This document shows, piece by piece, positions 1 to 14,078 of a stretch of 64,000 nt of DNA. Source of the stretch: Balanoglossus misakiensis (taxonomy: Eukaryota > Animalia > Hemichordata); NCBI GenBank assembly GCA_040954595.2, contig CM082591.2:8932759-8996758 (forward strand), written 5' to 3'. Under the pieces are notes generated by a model. That model was not told the origin of the DNA. It worked only from the letters and a program-made list of their open reading frames with translations, and did no database searches. A program made the translations under genes and the position numbers. Position 1 is the stretch's first letter, and the number at the start of each line of letters is the position of its first letter.

Positions 1-1438
1 AGTCATCATTTCTAAACAGCTGATGTGGAACTCAACTGCGTACATGTTCTGGAAACTGACAATGAAATTATTCATTGAAGTATGTGCCCCCCCCCCTCTC
101 CGAGCACCCAAAAGTCAAGCATCTGCTGTGAGTAATTCATCAAGTAAAAACCAATCGTCAATAGGTACTAATGGTGTGCTGTTAAAGTCATCTAAGAAAG
201 TCAGCGACCACCGATGTTATTTTTCATTTCTGAGTTTATGTTGAAACGGTGGTGATTGCACCTGAGTTTGGGCACAGTAATGTTATTGATTGTGTCAAAC
301 TTGCGGCCTCATAAAACCATGACTGCCAGACTGGTGCTGGTTGACAGGCTTTCTCCTTTGTTTCATCAAATGAGAAACGACCACACTCTTATGTGATATT
401 GAACAAACTGTATTAACTAATGCAACACCTGCAGTGTTGATCAACAACTATATCGAACTCAGCTCACAAACTATGTTTTGCAATAAAATCTTGGAAAGAA
501 CTACTGATAAACTATGGCTTCAATGCCAAATACACACTGCATGTGATATGGAAATATCAGCATCGACTCTAAAAAAAAACTCTTATTAACTCAAAGTGTT
601 CACAGGAATAAATGTCTCTATCTCTCTATACAAAACTTTACTGTAGAGTTCTCCAAACGTGTCAGAAATTACACGCAGAAAGTTCAAATGCGACTCCACG
701 TCTTCACTGAAACACACGCGACGAAACTCAATGTCGGTCACACACGCGAAAGTCCGCAACAAGGCGCGAGTTCCAGGCTACGATCTACAGATCAACATCT
801 ATGGGTGTGGTCACCTCGATGACGTCACTCGGGCGCTCGGCAAAACTTCGTGTAATCGTCGGGCTCCAACGATGACAGTACGATTACATCCGGGACACTC
901 CAATAAAGTTTGTTGCTCATCTATCGGCAAAGTTCACTGAAATCGTCTCAATAAACGTTCAAAGGCAAAATACGCACTGCCTATGAACTACATAGAATGT
1001 CAGCAAATCAACTCCAACTCACTGTGAAACGTCTGTCTCCGCTCTCGACGGGTAACAGCTAAATCTTCCGTAGACCTCTGAATAAACGGTGCAGCTTTCT
1101 CTCCGTCACATGCGCGAAATCTGCTGACTCATGTGATGAGTCAGGACGGCTATATTTTCTCAGCAAAAACAGTCCATCCCGCGACCATCCGGCATCTACG
1201 GAAACATCGGACTTGGCGGAAGTCTGCCTCGAAGTAGCGGATCCGTCATCGCGTTCACAACGCCAAAATATCTCAATCAAAATCTGCATCGGCGATCAAA
1301 CCCTCATCAGTTTGACGCCGTGCTCTCAAGTTCTTAGAAAGTTTTCTCAAATCAGACCCCCTAGCTAGGTCGTATTACGAACAACTCCCTTGCTAGTGGT
1401 CGTATACTAAATACTATGCCGGCTACAGTAGCTTCCGC

Positions 1439-1720
1439 CCGCTCACTGCCCCACAGTTCACCTCAAAGCTCCGCACCCATCTTAGTCGCCTCGGGGTGCA
1501 GGTCAGTGAATACTCTTCACACAGTCTCCGCCGGAGAGGGGCATCCTGGGCAATACAGTGTGGGGTTCCCAGTGACGTAATTAAGCTGATGGGGGATTGG
1601 AGGAGTGACGCATACCTTTGTTACTTGGTCCTCCCCCTCCCTTTCAAAGTTAACTCTGTTAAGCTTTGTGCCAAACAGCTTCCTTTTTCTATTTCTACAT
1701 TTATAGCAAGTTTTCTGTGA
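1439..1720 (+). pseudogene. C-terminal fragment of a tyrosine recombinase from a DIRS/Ngaro-type retrotransposon
   Basis: Translation ...YSSHSLRRRGASWA...VIKLMGDWRSDAYLCYL matches the YR box II motif HS(F/L)RxGxA...GxWxS.AY. It is 5'-truncated and followed by AATAAA near 1815. Confidence 0.85.
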
Positions 1721-1879
1721 CTACCGGGTACCACTACTATATTGGGTTTTTGGGAGAATTTTGTAGTTAACACAGACAGACACCAACTGTCCATTAGTAT
1801 GTGTTTTTGTCAATAATAAAGTTTCCCAAAGTTGTTCCCAATTTGTGTGTCCCAGTGTGGTTTGTGTGTGGGAGCCAGT

Positions 1880-4800
1880 TAGACCATGAGCCAGTAGGGG
1901 TTTACCTCCCCCCCCCCAGGGGAATTTTTGAGACAATGTTTTTCTGAAAGCCTATCATATACTGAGTAAAACTCACTTTGTTTGCCTTCTGGGCACCGGG
2001 GCGTTTTCGAGTTATTGGCTTCTAAATTATATTGGGTAACGTATGTAGAAATGCCTAAAAGTGCATATAAATTGACGTAGGGGGGTAAATTAGTCTTGTA
2101 AAATACTGTCTCTCTGAATGTATACCTACAACAAAAGGGAAGTATTTGGTATCAAAAGAAAGCTTAATAAACAAGCTTTCCATTAATTATAAAATGAAAG
2201 TGATATGACAAAACATGACATCATAGTGACGTCATAAGTCAAAATACCCTTACGAAAATGGTGTTCTGTTCACCTATAAATGTGAGGTTTTGCAAAACAC
2301 GTCTCTGAGCAATTGTACTGATGAAAACTGTGATGTGTTTGGTATCAACAGAAAGCTGATAGAGTAAAGTATCTAATTATTGCAAAAAATGATATAATAA
2401 TCAATTACGTCATCATTACGTCATACTTCCAAGTACCCTTACCAATTAGTGACTATGATGACAAATTTTTACCCTAGGAGATAGGTGCCTTTAAATAAAA
2501 AAAAATTGGTAAGGAAGGTTTGTGAAGTCCATTCTATGTAAACAATGGTGCTGATTCCAAAAAAGTCAGTCTTATTGACCCCACCAAAGACAAAATTGCC
2601 ATTTTGGCACTTTTTTACCCTAAAAGGTCATTTTTAGAAAACACTACAAACACACTGTTTTCGTCACATTCGAAGATCTGATGACATATGATATGCCTAT
2701 TCTATGTAAAATTTGGTTGATATTACGAAAAAAGCAGTCTGACTGACCCCACCCAAGACAAAATTGCCATTTTGGCACTTTTTAACCCAAAAAAGGTCAT
2801 TTTTAGAAAACACTAAAAACACACTGTTTTCATCACATTCGAAGATCTGATGACATATGATATGCCTATTCTATGTAAAATTTGGTTAATATTAAGACAA
2901 AAGCAGTCTGACTGACCCCAAACGAGACAGAATTGCCTTTTTGACCATTTTTTGCCCAAAAACGTCATTTTTAGACAAAACTTTAAACACACTCTTCTCT
3001 TTATATTGATTGATTTGCTGATATATGGAAAGTCAATTCTATGTGTAAAATGGTGACTATAAAACATAAATCAAACCCCAATCAATACAAAAATGCCATT
3101 TTTGGCCATATTTTTGAGGTCAAAAACGGTCATTTTTACAAAAAAAACTAAAAACAAACTGTTTTCTTCATATTCAGAGATCATGTGATATATGAAAAGT
3201 TTATGCTATGTAAAATAGTTCTGATTCCAGAAATAGCAGCCTTATTGACCCCCACTCAAGGCAAATGTGCCATTTTTGCCACTTTTTGCCCCAAAAATGT
3301 CATTTTTAGAAAACACTCAAAACTTATATATTTTCTTCACTTTCGGAGATCTGATAATGTATTATATACCCACCCTGTGTAAAATTTGGTAGGTATTCAA
3401 AAAAGTAGGTTTATTGGCGCCACTCAAGATTAAAGTGCGTTTTTTGGCAAGTTTTTGCCCAAAAAGGCCATTTTAAGAAATAAGCAAAGGTTTTTCTTTA
3501 TTTTTGGAAATGTATGAAAAGTCAATTTATTGAAAAATTGGTGTTGATTCTAGAAAAAGCAATCTTATTGATCTCAATGAAGATGAAAATACTTTTTGCC
3601 CAAAAAGGGTCATTTTTAGAAAATACTAAAACATGCTATTTTTTTCCCTTTGGTGATCTAATAATAAATAAAAGTTCATTCTATCCTAAAAGTAGCGATT
3701 TTTCCAAAAAAGCACTCTTACTGACTCCACAGAGGGAAAAAATGCCATTTTGGCCACTTTGCTCAAAAAAGGTAACTGTTTGAAACTTCTTTCTTTATTT
3801 TCAGAGATCTTATGATGTACGGAGAAGGTCCATTTTTGTTGAAAGGGAGCCGATTCCAAAAAAAAAAAAATCTTTTCAGCCCTACAAAATTGTCATTTTG
3901 GCCATTTTTGGTCAAAAAGGTCATTTCAAGAAAAAATGAAAACAAGCTGTTTTCTTCGTATTTAAATGTTTGATTATGAATGGAAAGTCCGTTTTTTGCA
4001 AAAAATATGCTGATACCAACACAACAGTCTTATTAAGACCCCACTCAATACAAAATTACCACTAAGCCATCTTCTAGTCAACAATTGTATTTTTCAGAAA
4101 ACAAAATAATTGGTGTTTTTTGCCTTTTGAGTTTTGATGTTATATTTGCATATTTAAAATGTCATACCATATGATCTCAGTTGAATTGATGATATTGAAA
4201 GGCAGAGTTGCCACAAGTTGGCACATTTAGCCTAAAATGGAACTCAACAATAAAACGAGACGATCCATGTATTCACACAGTATACTATAAGTAGGTTATA
4301 CATGGTATAAATTTTTTTATGTACATCTATACCAGCTCCGGATAGATTTTTGACATTTATCCTCTTCGTTCTGAATACAAAATCAGAAATTATATTATAT
4401 CATGATACCTCCGTCATTTTGATTGGACAGGGGTGCAATCCCACGATGCTAAATACTCAATAGAGCTAAAACTGGCCCCTGAACTAGCACACAACGGGAA
4501 AATGTGGGTTTAAACCTAATAAATATAATAAAAACTCTTAAATTCCTTGACGTTTCAATTTGGAGATGCTCTAAGTGAATATTTGGGACTTTGCCATGCG
4601 CAGTGCCTGTCTTTTTGTCGCCTGTATCATGTTTAATGCTTGGTCCTGGGCGACGTGTTTAGATTCATCGATGCGACTTTGGTTCAATTCGTATAACTTC
4701 TTTTACTCTCGACGCTGTTTCATCATCATTATGAGTTCAATTTGGGCTATCTCCAAATGCAAACATTTTTTTCTCTAGAAAATGTTTAAAATTATAAATT

Positions 4801-5656
4801 TGTCTTAAGTAGGTCTTTTTAGGCAATAAATTGCCAAAAACGCAATTTTGACTAGAATGGGGTCTTTTTTACATAGAATGGACTTTTCATACATAATCAG
4901 ATCTCTGAATATGAAGAAAACATTTTGTTTTTAGTTTTTTTGTAAAAATGACCTTTTTTGACCTCAAAAATGTGGCCAAAAATGGCATTTTTGTATTGAT
5001 TGGGGTCAAAAGACTGCTTTATGTTTTATAGTCACCATTTTACACATATAATTGACTTTCCATATATCATCAAATCAATCAATATGAAGAGAAGAGTGTG
5101 TTTTAAGTTTTGTCTAAAAATGACGTTTTTGGGCAAAAATGGTCAAAAAGGCAATTCTGTCTCGTTTGGGGTCAGTCAGATTGCTTTTGTCGTAATATCA
5201 ACCAAATTTTACATAGAATAGGCATATCATATGTCATCAGATCTTCGAATGTGACGAAAACAGTGTGTTTTTAGTGTTTTCTAAAAATGACCTTTTTGGG
5301 TTAAAAAGTGCCAAAATGGCAATTTTGTCTTGGGTGGGGTCAATAAGACTGACTTTTTTGGAATCAACACCATTTTTTACATAGAATGGACTTCACAAAC
5401 CTTCCTTACCAATTTTTTTTATTTAAAGGCACCTATCTCCTATGGTAATAACTTGTCATCATAGTCACTAATTGGTAAGGGTACTTGGAAGTATGACGTA
5501 ATGATGACGTAATTGATTATTATATCATTTTTTTGCAATAATTAGATACTTTACTCAATCAGCTTTCTGTTGATACCAAACACATCACAGTTTTCATCAG
5601 TACAATTGCTCAGAGGGGGGGGGGGGGAAGGTAAACCCCTACTGGCTCATGGTCAA
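1880..5656. mobile_element. Foldback-type non-autonomous DNA transposon, copy 1 (Academ-like TAG...CTA ends)
   Basis: Left end is TAGACCATGAGCCAGTAGGGG and right end is CCCCTACTGGCTCATGGTCAA (1 mismatch). A 3-bp direct repeat AGT flanks it at 1877-1879 and 5657-5659. The long inverted arms are built from ~169-bp units. Confidence 0.85.
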
Positions 5657-6060
5657 AGTGTGCCTTAAACAGTGTACACATGTATTTATGACAATAAAGT
5701 ACTATTTTTTTCCACAGAGTATGTGATTTTTGGGTGTGTACAGAAGTTGAGAAGAAGCATACACACTACCATTGCCTGATTTGCCAGAAAATCCTCTCAC
5801 GGAACAACATTTATTGACCATATTATAAAGTGCCGAAGCAAAACACCAATAGCTGAAAGTACAACTACCAGTGCAAGCAGAAACTCCATTAACAAGAATG
5901 GTTACCCCACATTGACTGCAACGGTAGAAAGGGAAGAGGATGTGAAAGACGAAAATGATGGTGGTGTTTGTACCCAGACGAATGAAGTTAAAAGCTCATC
6001 ACGGGAACAGCATAAATCAAAGAATAAAAGAAACCTGCATATTTTGTCGCTAAAACACAT

Positions 6061-6870
6061 ATGAACACCATGGACAGATGTAAGCAATGTAGTAAACAAA
6101 TGCTGAGGAGGAATCTGAAAAGACACATGAAAATGCAACACAAGAGTCTGGCCAAAAGTGGTGATACTGAAAATAACTACCACGACGGCATTCTTGTAGA
6201 TGCAGAAAGTGGGATATACCTTGTAGAGAAATCAAGAAAGGGATTAGGATATCCAATCCATGTGCAGCGCAAAGTGGGGTCATCTACTCAGGTGATGAAG
6301 TGTGAGAGCACTGCTTGCAATATTGTTACTGGGGCTGTAGCACGAGGAGGAAATGTGTCGCATCTGTGTCCACACTTGCAGAGTACAAGTTTTCTGAAGG
6401 AGGGAGAAGAAATTGCACTTCAGGACGAAGTATTATCCAAGACAAAGAAAATTTCTAAAGCTAGAGAATCAGAATGTCTTGAAGCTAAAGAAAGTGCAAA
6501 GAAGGCAAAGGTTCCAGTATTAACAGCTCGGCACCACACAGGCCCATCATATTTATTTTTTTCAGTATTTGATGGGAAAATAAGGTATTACTCTCGTCTT
6601 GGCCGTGTTGTTGTCAGTGTTGACAAGACTAATGGCGTAACTATATGCAGATGTTGCAAGGCACGTAGGTGCTGTGTACACAAGGCACTTATAACATGGT
6701 ATCTGTTACAATCCAACAAAAGTCCAGAAGACGAACCACATCGACAGAGTATGCCATGTTGTAACAGTGAAGTGACAGATTCAGTAGAAGTTACAACCGA
6801 AATGCTGAATTACATAATGACTGAAAAACTAGTGGATGAGGACAATATAAGTGCTGAGACATCTGGATGA
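6061..6870 (+). CDS. Largest open segment of the Zisupton-like gene (C2H2 finger + SWIM zinc finger)
   Basis: 269-aa ORF containing CKQC...LKRHMKMQH and YYSRLGRVVV...CRCCKARRCCVHKAL. Confidence 0.7.
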   Translation: MNTMDRCKQCSKQMLRRNLKRHMKMQHKSLAKSGDTENNYHDGILVDAESGIYLVEKSRKGLGYPIHVQRKVGSSTQVMKCESTACNIVTGAVARGGNVSHLCPHLQSTSFLKEGEEIALQDEVLSKTKKISKARESECLEAKESAKKAKVPVLTARHHTGPSYLFFSVFDGKIRYYSRLGRVVVSVDKTNGVTICRCCKARRCCVHKALITWYLLQSNKSPEDEPHRQSMPCCNSEVTDSVEVTTEMLNYIMTEKLVDEDNISAETSG

Positions 6871-7464
6871 AAAACCTTGAGTGAGATTGTTCCCACTGAA
6901 GACAAGTGTCAGCTCTGTGAATAGACTATCCTGGTATCAAGAAGTGGTATCATTGTTGATCTGGATTCATTTTGTAAAGGTCATTAAACCATATTATGAA
7001 AATCACATAAAGAAAGTTACATCTATTAGCATGAATGACGATACATTTATCATTTTCAAATAAACTTTATCCTTAGGTCGACATGTGTCATCCACATTAT
7101 TTCAATTATTGAAGGTGCATTTTTGTTAATTTAGTCAGTGTATTCAATTTTTTGTTTTGTTTTGTATTTCATAGAAAGTGTGCTAGCATACTGAACATCG
7201 ATGACACCTGCACACACATATTGTATACCAGTATGTTACTGTTTCTTCTGTTATTTGCAGATAAGCTGGTATTTGTACGGAGTTGTCCCTCATGCAAAGT
7301 GACCTACAGGTATCAAGAATGCGATGATGGCATACATAACTTTAACAACAAACTATTCCTGACTCATCGTTTGTGTTTGTGGTTGAGAGCCAATGTTAAG
7401 GTAGTGGCAAGTGTACATCCAAGAACTGATTCATGTATATATTAAACTTACTATTCAACTAGGC

Positions 7465-7640
<176 letters not shown>

Positions 7641-8707
7641 CTAGCAATCTATCATTTTATCTATCCATCTATCTGAATATAGATTTTATTTGTGAAATGG
7701 AGGGCATATGTATAAGGAGGTAGGTTGGGTGGGAAAGGTAGGACAAGCGTCTTAGAAAGTGAGGACTGGTGTGGAATAAAAAGAAAAAAAATGTCTAAGA
7801 GGGTGATGCCTGGAAGCTTAAATTGTTTTCCGTCTGATACCACTGCCAGATTGATAAAAGAAGGGTATCTGAGTCCAGTTTCGGATTTATAAAAATAAAA
7901 ATGCGGAGACCATACCAAGTTTACCTAATGGTAAAAGTTCATATCACACTTTGCTGATCTATGTACCCTATGTTGTTCACTGGTAGGAGGCCTTGTCTTT
8001 GCCCTTTTATTGATTTTTCAGAACCACACTGCAGTCGGAAGAGCCTATAAGACTATTTTCAGCAGCAGTGCATGCCTGTTTCTCATCAGGATGTCATCAA
8101 TGGATATCTTTCGTTTGAGGCACTTACAAACAAAAACTATGACTTCACATGCGTGATTTGTGGCCACTTTCCCCCAATCATTGTTATGGATCTAAACAGG
8201 AAGACTGCTTTTGATTATGCTGGTAATACATTAAATGTAATTGTCCACAAAATAGCAATAGCTTGTATTTCCAAAATGCGAATGACGACATCATGTATTC
8301 ATATCTCCAATTTACAAGTGACGTCATGTAATCAAATCATCAAATTTTTATTGTGTCTGCATGAATATGATTCTTAGATTGTAATTTGACCTTTGAACCC
8401 TATGCATTATATTGGCAATGTTAGTTATAAGGGCAATGTCTTTGATAAAGACTTGATTTTTTTTTGCAAATTTGGTTTTGTTGACATTATTACATCCTTG
8501 TTGATTTCTCACAGATTTAGATACTGAAATGTCAAGTGAGGTGTGTGATTCTGTTGATGCAGACTCTTTCTGGTAACAAATTCACAGGGAAATTATTGCC
8601 AGAGGGGTTTATCCAGGTAAATGTATTTTTATTGACATTACATGTTGAGGAATAGTTTAATTTTTACATGTACGCCATCAATTTTGTAATTCTGCCTGTA
8701 CAAAATA

Positions 8708-9335
8708 TACTTATAAGAAACTTATAAGAAACTTATAAGATTCTTATAAGATTCTTATAAGTATTTTGTATGCAAATTAGTCAGAAAAATATAAGAAATA
8801 TGATTACAACCTCCTCTGTTTCTTATAAGAATTATGTAAGATTCTTGCTAATTTGCATACAAAATACTTATAAGAAAGTTATGATAGTATCCTAGCCTTC
8901 TTATAAGATTCTTATAAGAAGTAAGTGGGATATTTATAAGAAATTTATCTATTTCTTATGCATTTCTTGCTAATTTGCATACAAAAAACTTATAAGAAAT
9001 TTATAACAATGTCTTAGGCTTCTTATAAAATACTTATAAGAAAGTTATCAGAATGTCTTGGGCTTCTTATAAGATACTTATAAGATATATAGTTCTAGAT
9101 TTACAAGAAATTCACCTATTTCTTATAAATTTCTTGCTAATTTGCATACATTTTCTTATAAGACAGTTATGAGAATGGCCTAGGCTTCCTATAAGATCTT
9201 GTAAGAAATTATCTAGGATATGTATAAGAAATGTATCCATATCTTATACATTTCTTGCTAATTTGCATATATAATTCTTATAAGAAAGTTATGAGAATGG
9301 CCTAGGTTTCCTATAAGTTTCTTATAAGAAATTGC
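8708..9335. repeat. Left subterminal array of palindromic CTTATAAG motifs
   Basis: Many (T)CTTATAAG(A) copies, plus a recurring ~120-bp higher-order unit containing TTCTTGCTAATTTGCATA. Confidence 0.9.
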
Positions 9336-10409
9336 TGGGGACAATCATTATATTTGTCCATTTCTTGCATAATTTTCATACAAAACAGTTACAGAAATAT
9401 TATAATTATATTTCTTATGGATATTTTGTATGGAAATTGGGCAAGAATTGGAAAAGAGACATACAATTTTCTTAGTACATTCTGCTTTAAAAACATACAT
9501 TTTTATACATTTCTGGATCAATTCTCATGACAAAGTCATCAGAGGGCTCCCATTGTCTTTTATCAAATTAGTGGCATATATTACTAAAAGTTACTAAAAA
9601 CATTCTAATCATAACAAACATACGCACATCAGATGACTGCTTTTAGATCCCACGTAGATAAGTTTACAAGGAAAACACAAACAATTGTAGCAATCTGTGT
9701 CACAACTGTAACAAAGTTATCTTGATGATTCACACAAATATCCTTATTTGGACAAAGTGTACTGAACCATGATGCAACTTTAACATATTGCAAAGTTGAA
9801 GAGAAATAAAATTTGTGGTTGCACACCAATGCCCTAACTTCAAGACGTGGACACCTATGAGCTTACTGTACTTTATGACTATATGTTCAATGTTGTATAG
9901 TATGTTCTATTTTTCATTTTAATCAAAATTACACTAAGACAATGTGAAAAGATAAAATGTTAGGAGAGTACCTCAAGTGACATTGTATGACCATATGAGT
10001 AGCGAAATAGACGCCAGTATTGACGGCTGACAAGTCTACATAGTGGATGATGATATAATAATCATCAACAGTAAATGCGGGCTAAATGCCATCAACTCAT
10101 TGCATGCAATGTCCAGTACACAAAGTGAAGACAAACTATATCAGAAATTAGAATCAATTTTTTAATCAGAAACATATTAACAATGAGGAACAAGTCTCAA
10201 AAATGAAAACATTATATTTCAATTGTTAAATTGGTGTGTCGTTATTTTTTTCCATTTTATCAAGATTTCATTACATTTGCCCATATGGGCGCCTAAACCT
10301 CATGCAACAGGCATTTTCCTCCCCTGTCTACGACCAGCTTGATTAAAAAAGTGAAAATGGCGAAGCCAAAAAACAACAAACATTACGGTCCATGTGGAAA
10401 CAAAAACCT

Positions 10410-12991
10410 CTACAGTGTTCCACTGGCTGCCACAGTCTTCTTCAGCTTTTTACGTGTGTCTGCACACTGACAGTTGATGACTTGGACCACTTCCCTCGCT
10501 GTGAATTTGGGGCATTTTGACATCACAAATTCTAGTTTTAAAAAAAAGACAAAAAGCCATTTTACTATAATACTAGTAATTGAAAGTTCGTAATTTACGA
10601 CTGACTGTACCCATTCTTAACTGCCTTATGATGGGAAAAAATTAAATAATAAAGCCACCATAAGCACTACTCTAGAAAACAAGTCAGAAAATTTTACAGA
10701 TTAGACAAATACAGCCACCTACTCGCTGATTTTTCAATCACATGACATTTGTACATTGTGAACTGAACACATTGGGTTCCCCTATACAAGGGTTTTAAGA
10801 AAATATATTCTTTTAGGGGTTTAAGAAATAGACAGAAAAATACAATTCCTGAAAGGGTCCATTTTATATTTTTGCATCCTTTAAGTAAAAATGGCCAGTA
10901 GATCATATAAGAGGGAGTAAATTCAATGATATGTAGGCAATGTATGATTCCAACGTACCTTTGATGGCCTGTACAATATGTATAGGTAGTCCAGGACGCA
11001 TCCTGCTACCCTCAGCACAAGAATCTGCTAATTTTTGTGGAGTAAAAAAAACTTGAAGCAGATTTCTGACAAGCTTGGCGGGGGACCCCTTTGCTGCGGC
11101 AAGGCTAAAATCGCGATGTACTCTCCTGATGAGTACACCCCCACCAATATCAACCATCTCAGCTGAATCTGTTGTTGCCTGAATAATATGGAAATTCAAA
11201 ACAAAATGATAAGTACAAGATTTACAATTTTTACACTATAATCTGAATCTACACATGTTATAAAACATAATTTTTTGTGACAAACTAGTTACACCTCTTG
11301 TGTATTTTATTCAAGAGGTTTAGTGATATACATGTATGACATCGCTTGAAGATACATACCAGAACCTGCTTTGGGGATGGTGTTGGTTCAGCTGGTGGTG
11401 TTATTGTTGTTGTTGTTGTCCATTCAGATGTTGATGTACCGGTAGATGACTGCTGGCTTGATAGTAAATCAACAAACTCTCTGACAGCTGGGTTTGACAT
11501 CATACACACCAGCTTACCGCAGACAAATTTATCATCAGAAGGGCGAGGTTTCATTTCAAGCATGGCAATTCTTGTTTCCAATTGCGCAATTTTAGTGTTT
11601 TTCATTTTCAGTGAAAGTTCCAGGTTTTTGATTTTCTCCTGTGATTCCTTCAGCTGGCTTCCAGATTCAACTACATCCTCAGTGATTTCGTCAGAAGAGG
11701 TGGGGGGTTGGCCAGCATTTTGGTGACCATAATTTTTTGTGCAGCAATTTGTGCCTGTATTTCTTTTCTTTTTTCTGTATTTGAACGTTTCTTGTCCGTC
11801 TGTTCCATATCAATTTTGCTCTTCTTTGCTTTTGGTGTCTAAAATAAACCAGTATTTTATGATTAGTGTTAAATACATCTCATTTCACATTGGAAATGCT
11901 CATCACTAAACCGAATTAGGGGAAAGCAAGACATTTATTGCAAAAACAACAAATGCTATTGATATTGACGAATTGCCATGGCAACACGGTCCGGTGAGGC
12001 ATGTAATAAAAAATATTATTGCCTGAATACATAGTGTGTTTGACCATTTGCCCTTGTTCGTCTGGCAAATGACGGGGATGGAACGGAGCGGCACAGCTCA
12101 GTGTGCGATTCAAATATTGTGTGTACAGTATAAAATGATAAACTCTGGTATCACAGCACATGTCATTGACTGATTACAGTAAACTAGCATGAGGTAATTA
12201 ACGAGGTAATTGAACAGATTTGATCTGGTTGTTTTAATAACCTTTGTGAGTGTGTTCTGAGCTATAACTGATTTCTTTCTGAATGCAATTGACAGATATG
12301 TTAATTTCAAATAACCAGACATACCTCCTTTGGTTTTCCAGGTGGTGTTGCTTTTCTTGAGGAGTATGCAAGTTTCAATTGCAACAACTGCCTTGAAGCT
12401 TCGTCTTTGTCATCTGCAAAAAGTGAATGACACCAGTAATATCAAAGATAGCATCAAATTGCTCTCAGTTGTTCAAGATTGCAACATTCAATTTTGTTGC
12501 AAATCATTGTTCTCTTATTTGATTAATTTCCAACAAAACTACTTTATGATGGTGCCTTCAAAAATTAGATGTACATTTACCAATGAAAATTATAAGCTTA
12601 TATGTGGATGTCATAGAGAACATTCCTCGCATAGAGAACATTTCAGGAAACCAATAATGTTAAAACACGTCAATAAGTTTCTTAAAATTGGTTTTTGACC
12701 AAAATAAAAAAAATGCCCAAAAAGAACAATGTTGACATTTCCATCATAATTTCATTTGCAGTGTGGTGTGTAAACATCGCTTGCAATGTACAATGGAAAT
12801 TTAAAAGATATACCTGTTGTGAATAATATTTTTGCCAAATACTTTTTGCCATCGGTCCATGATGCCATACATTGGTCTCCCATTTCTAGGGCAGCTCCAT
12901 CCTGAAGAGAAATACCTATCTCTTCATCTTCCACCTGAGTGGCTTTAATGATGTTACTCAGTTTTCCATTTTCCTTGAATCGGACTATCAC
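10410..12991 (-). CDS. CACTA accessory gene: Tudor-like N-terminus, coiled coil, C-terminal BEN domain (5 exons)
   Basis: Exons ~12991-12814, 12413-12325, 11838-~11365, ~11178-10960 and 10531-10410. Motifs GDQCMASWTDGKKYLAKILF and VDIGGGVLI..SPAKLVRNLLQVFFTPQKLADS..GLPIHIVQAIK..VINCQCADTRK. Stop TAG at 10410-12. The start codon is uncertain. Confidence 0.75.
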
Positions 12992-14078
12992 TCATTTCAC
13001 TGAAATATGAGAGCATTTTTCTTACTCACAGATGTGATCAACTTGAAATCAATGCCAGCAAACCACATGATATGATAGCCAAAGGGAGGAACAGCTATTA
13101 ACTTCAAGCAATTTCAACACATGGTTCTAGTACAGATGCCCACTGAATTTTTAAAACAGACAGTCACTTTATAATTACATTAGGCTAGTTCTATCCCTTA
13201 CTATATAACGTGATAAATGCCCAGTATTCTGGTTGTCAACACAGCCAGTACATGTGTAATGACCATTGTTGTTGTTTTTGACAAATGAATTCTAGACCAA
13301 ACTTGAATCAATTTCCAACAATAACAATACTGAATGCACACATCAATGTTGTGTTAATAAGCTAAATTTTGGGTATTTAATCATGCTTCAATCAAGTATT
13401 GGAATGAGAACTGCAGCTGGTAGTGATAGACAGAAAAAAAAATACTGAAAAAATAGCCAAAAGTTAGCTATGGAGCTTTACACGTGCATGTTGCTCATGA
13501 TTAAATATTGTTGCTCTCGTTAACTTTTGCCTCAACTATGAACTTCCTCAAGGAGACTAACAACTTACATTTTAGGGATATGAAAAAAAAAGATTTGGCA
13601 AGGGCGACGCTGTTGCTGGGTGGCAAAAATGAAAATAAAAAAGTGTCCAACAGGGGTCGCGACCCTTTACCGTAATTTGCGAAGACACAAGAGACGCTCG
13701 TTTTCAAACCCAACCGTAGGCTTATCGAAACACAAACAATGTAGCAGCACGATGTGATAGGGGTGTGTGCGTAAACGTATCACCATTGAAGCGCATCATA
13801 GACGACTTTCCTGAAGTGGAAGATCGCGATTATTTATGCTTGCGCAAGGTGTTACGGCAAGAGCTCGACGACGCTGTGTAGCGTTTGTCTGCGATAAGAC
13901 GCAAGAATGTTGGGAAAGTAACGTACTTTTCCGTGCGCTAATTACCATGACCACGTTGACCGGTAGTGCGTGGCGGTCCGGTTATGCAAATGAAACTTTA
14001 GACATGTTAAAACTGTATTTCGCAACGCATGCTTAGAATAGGGTTGTACAAGTTAGTGTATGCGACAAATCCCACATC

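Noticed and set aside
1-1430. Short ORFs and a CpG-richer stretch ending ...GCCGGCTA
   Set aside because: No identifiable protein motifs. It may be the end of an element extending left of the window, but the other terminus is not visible.
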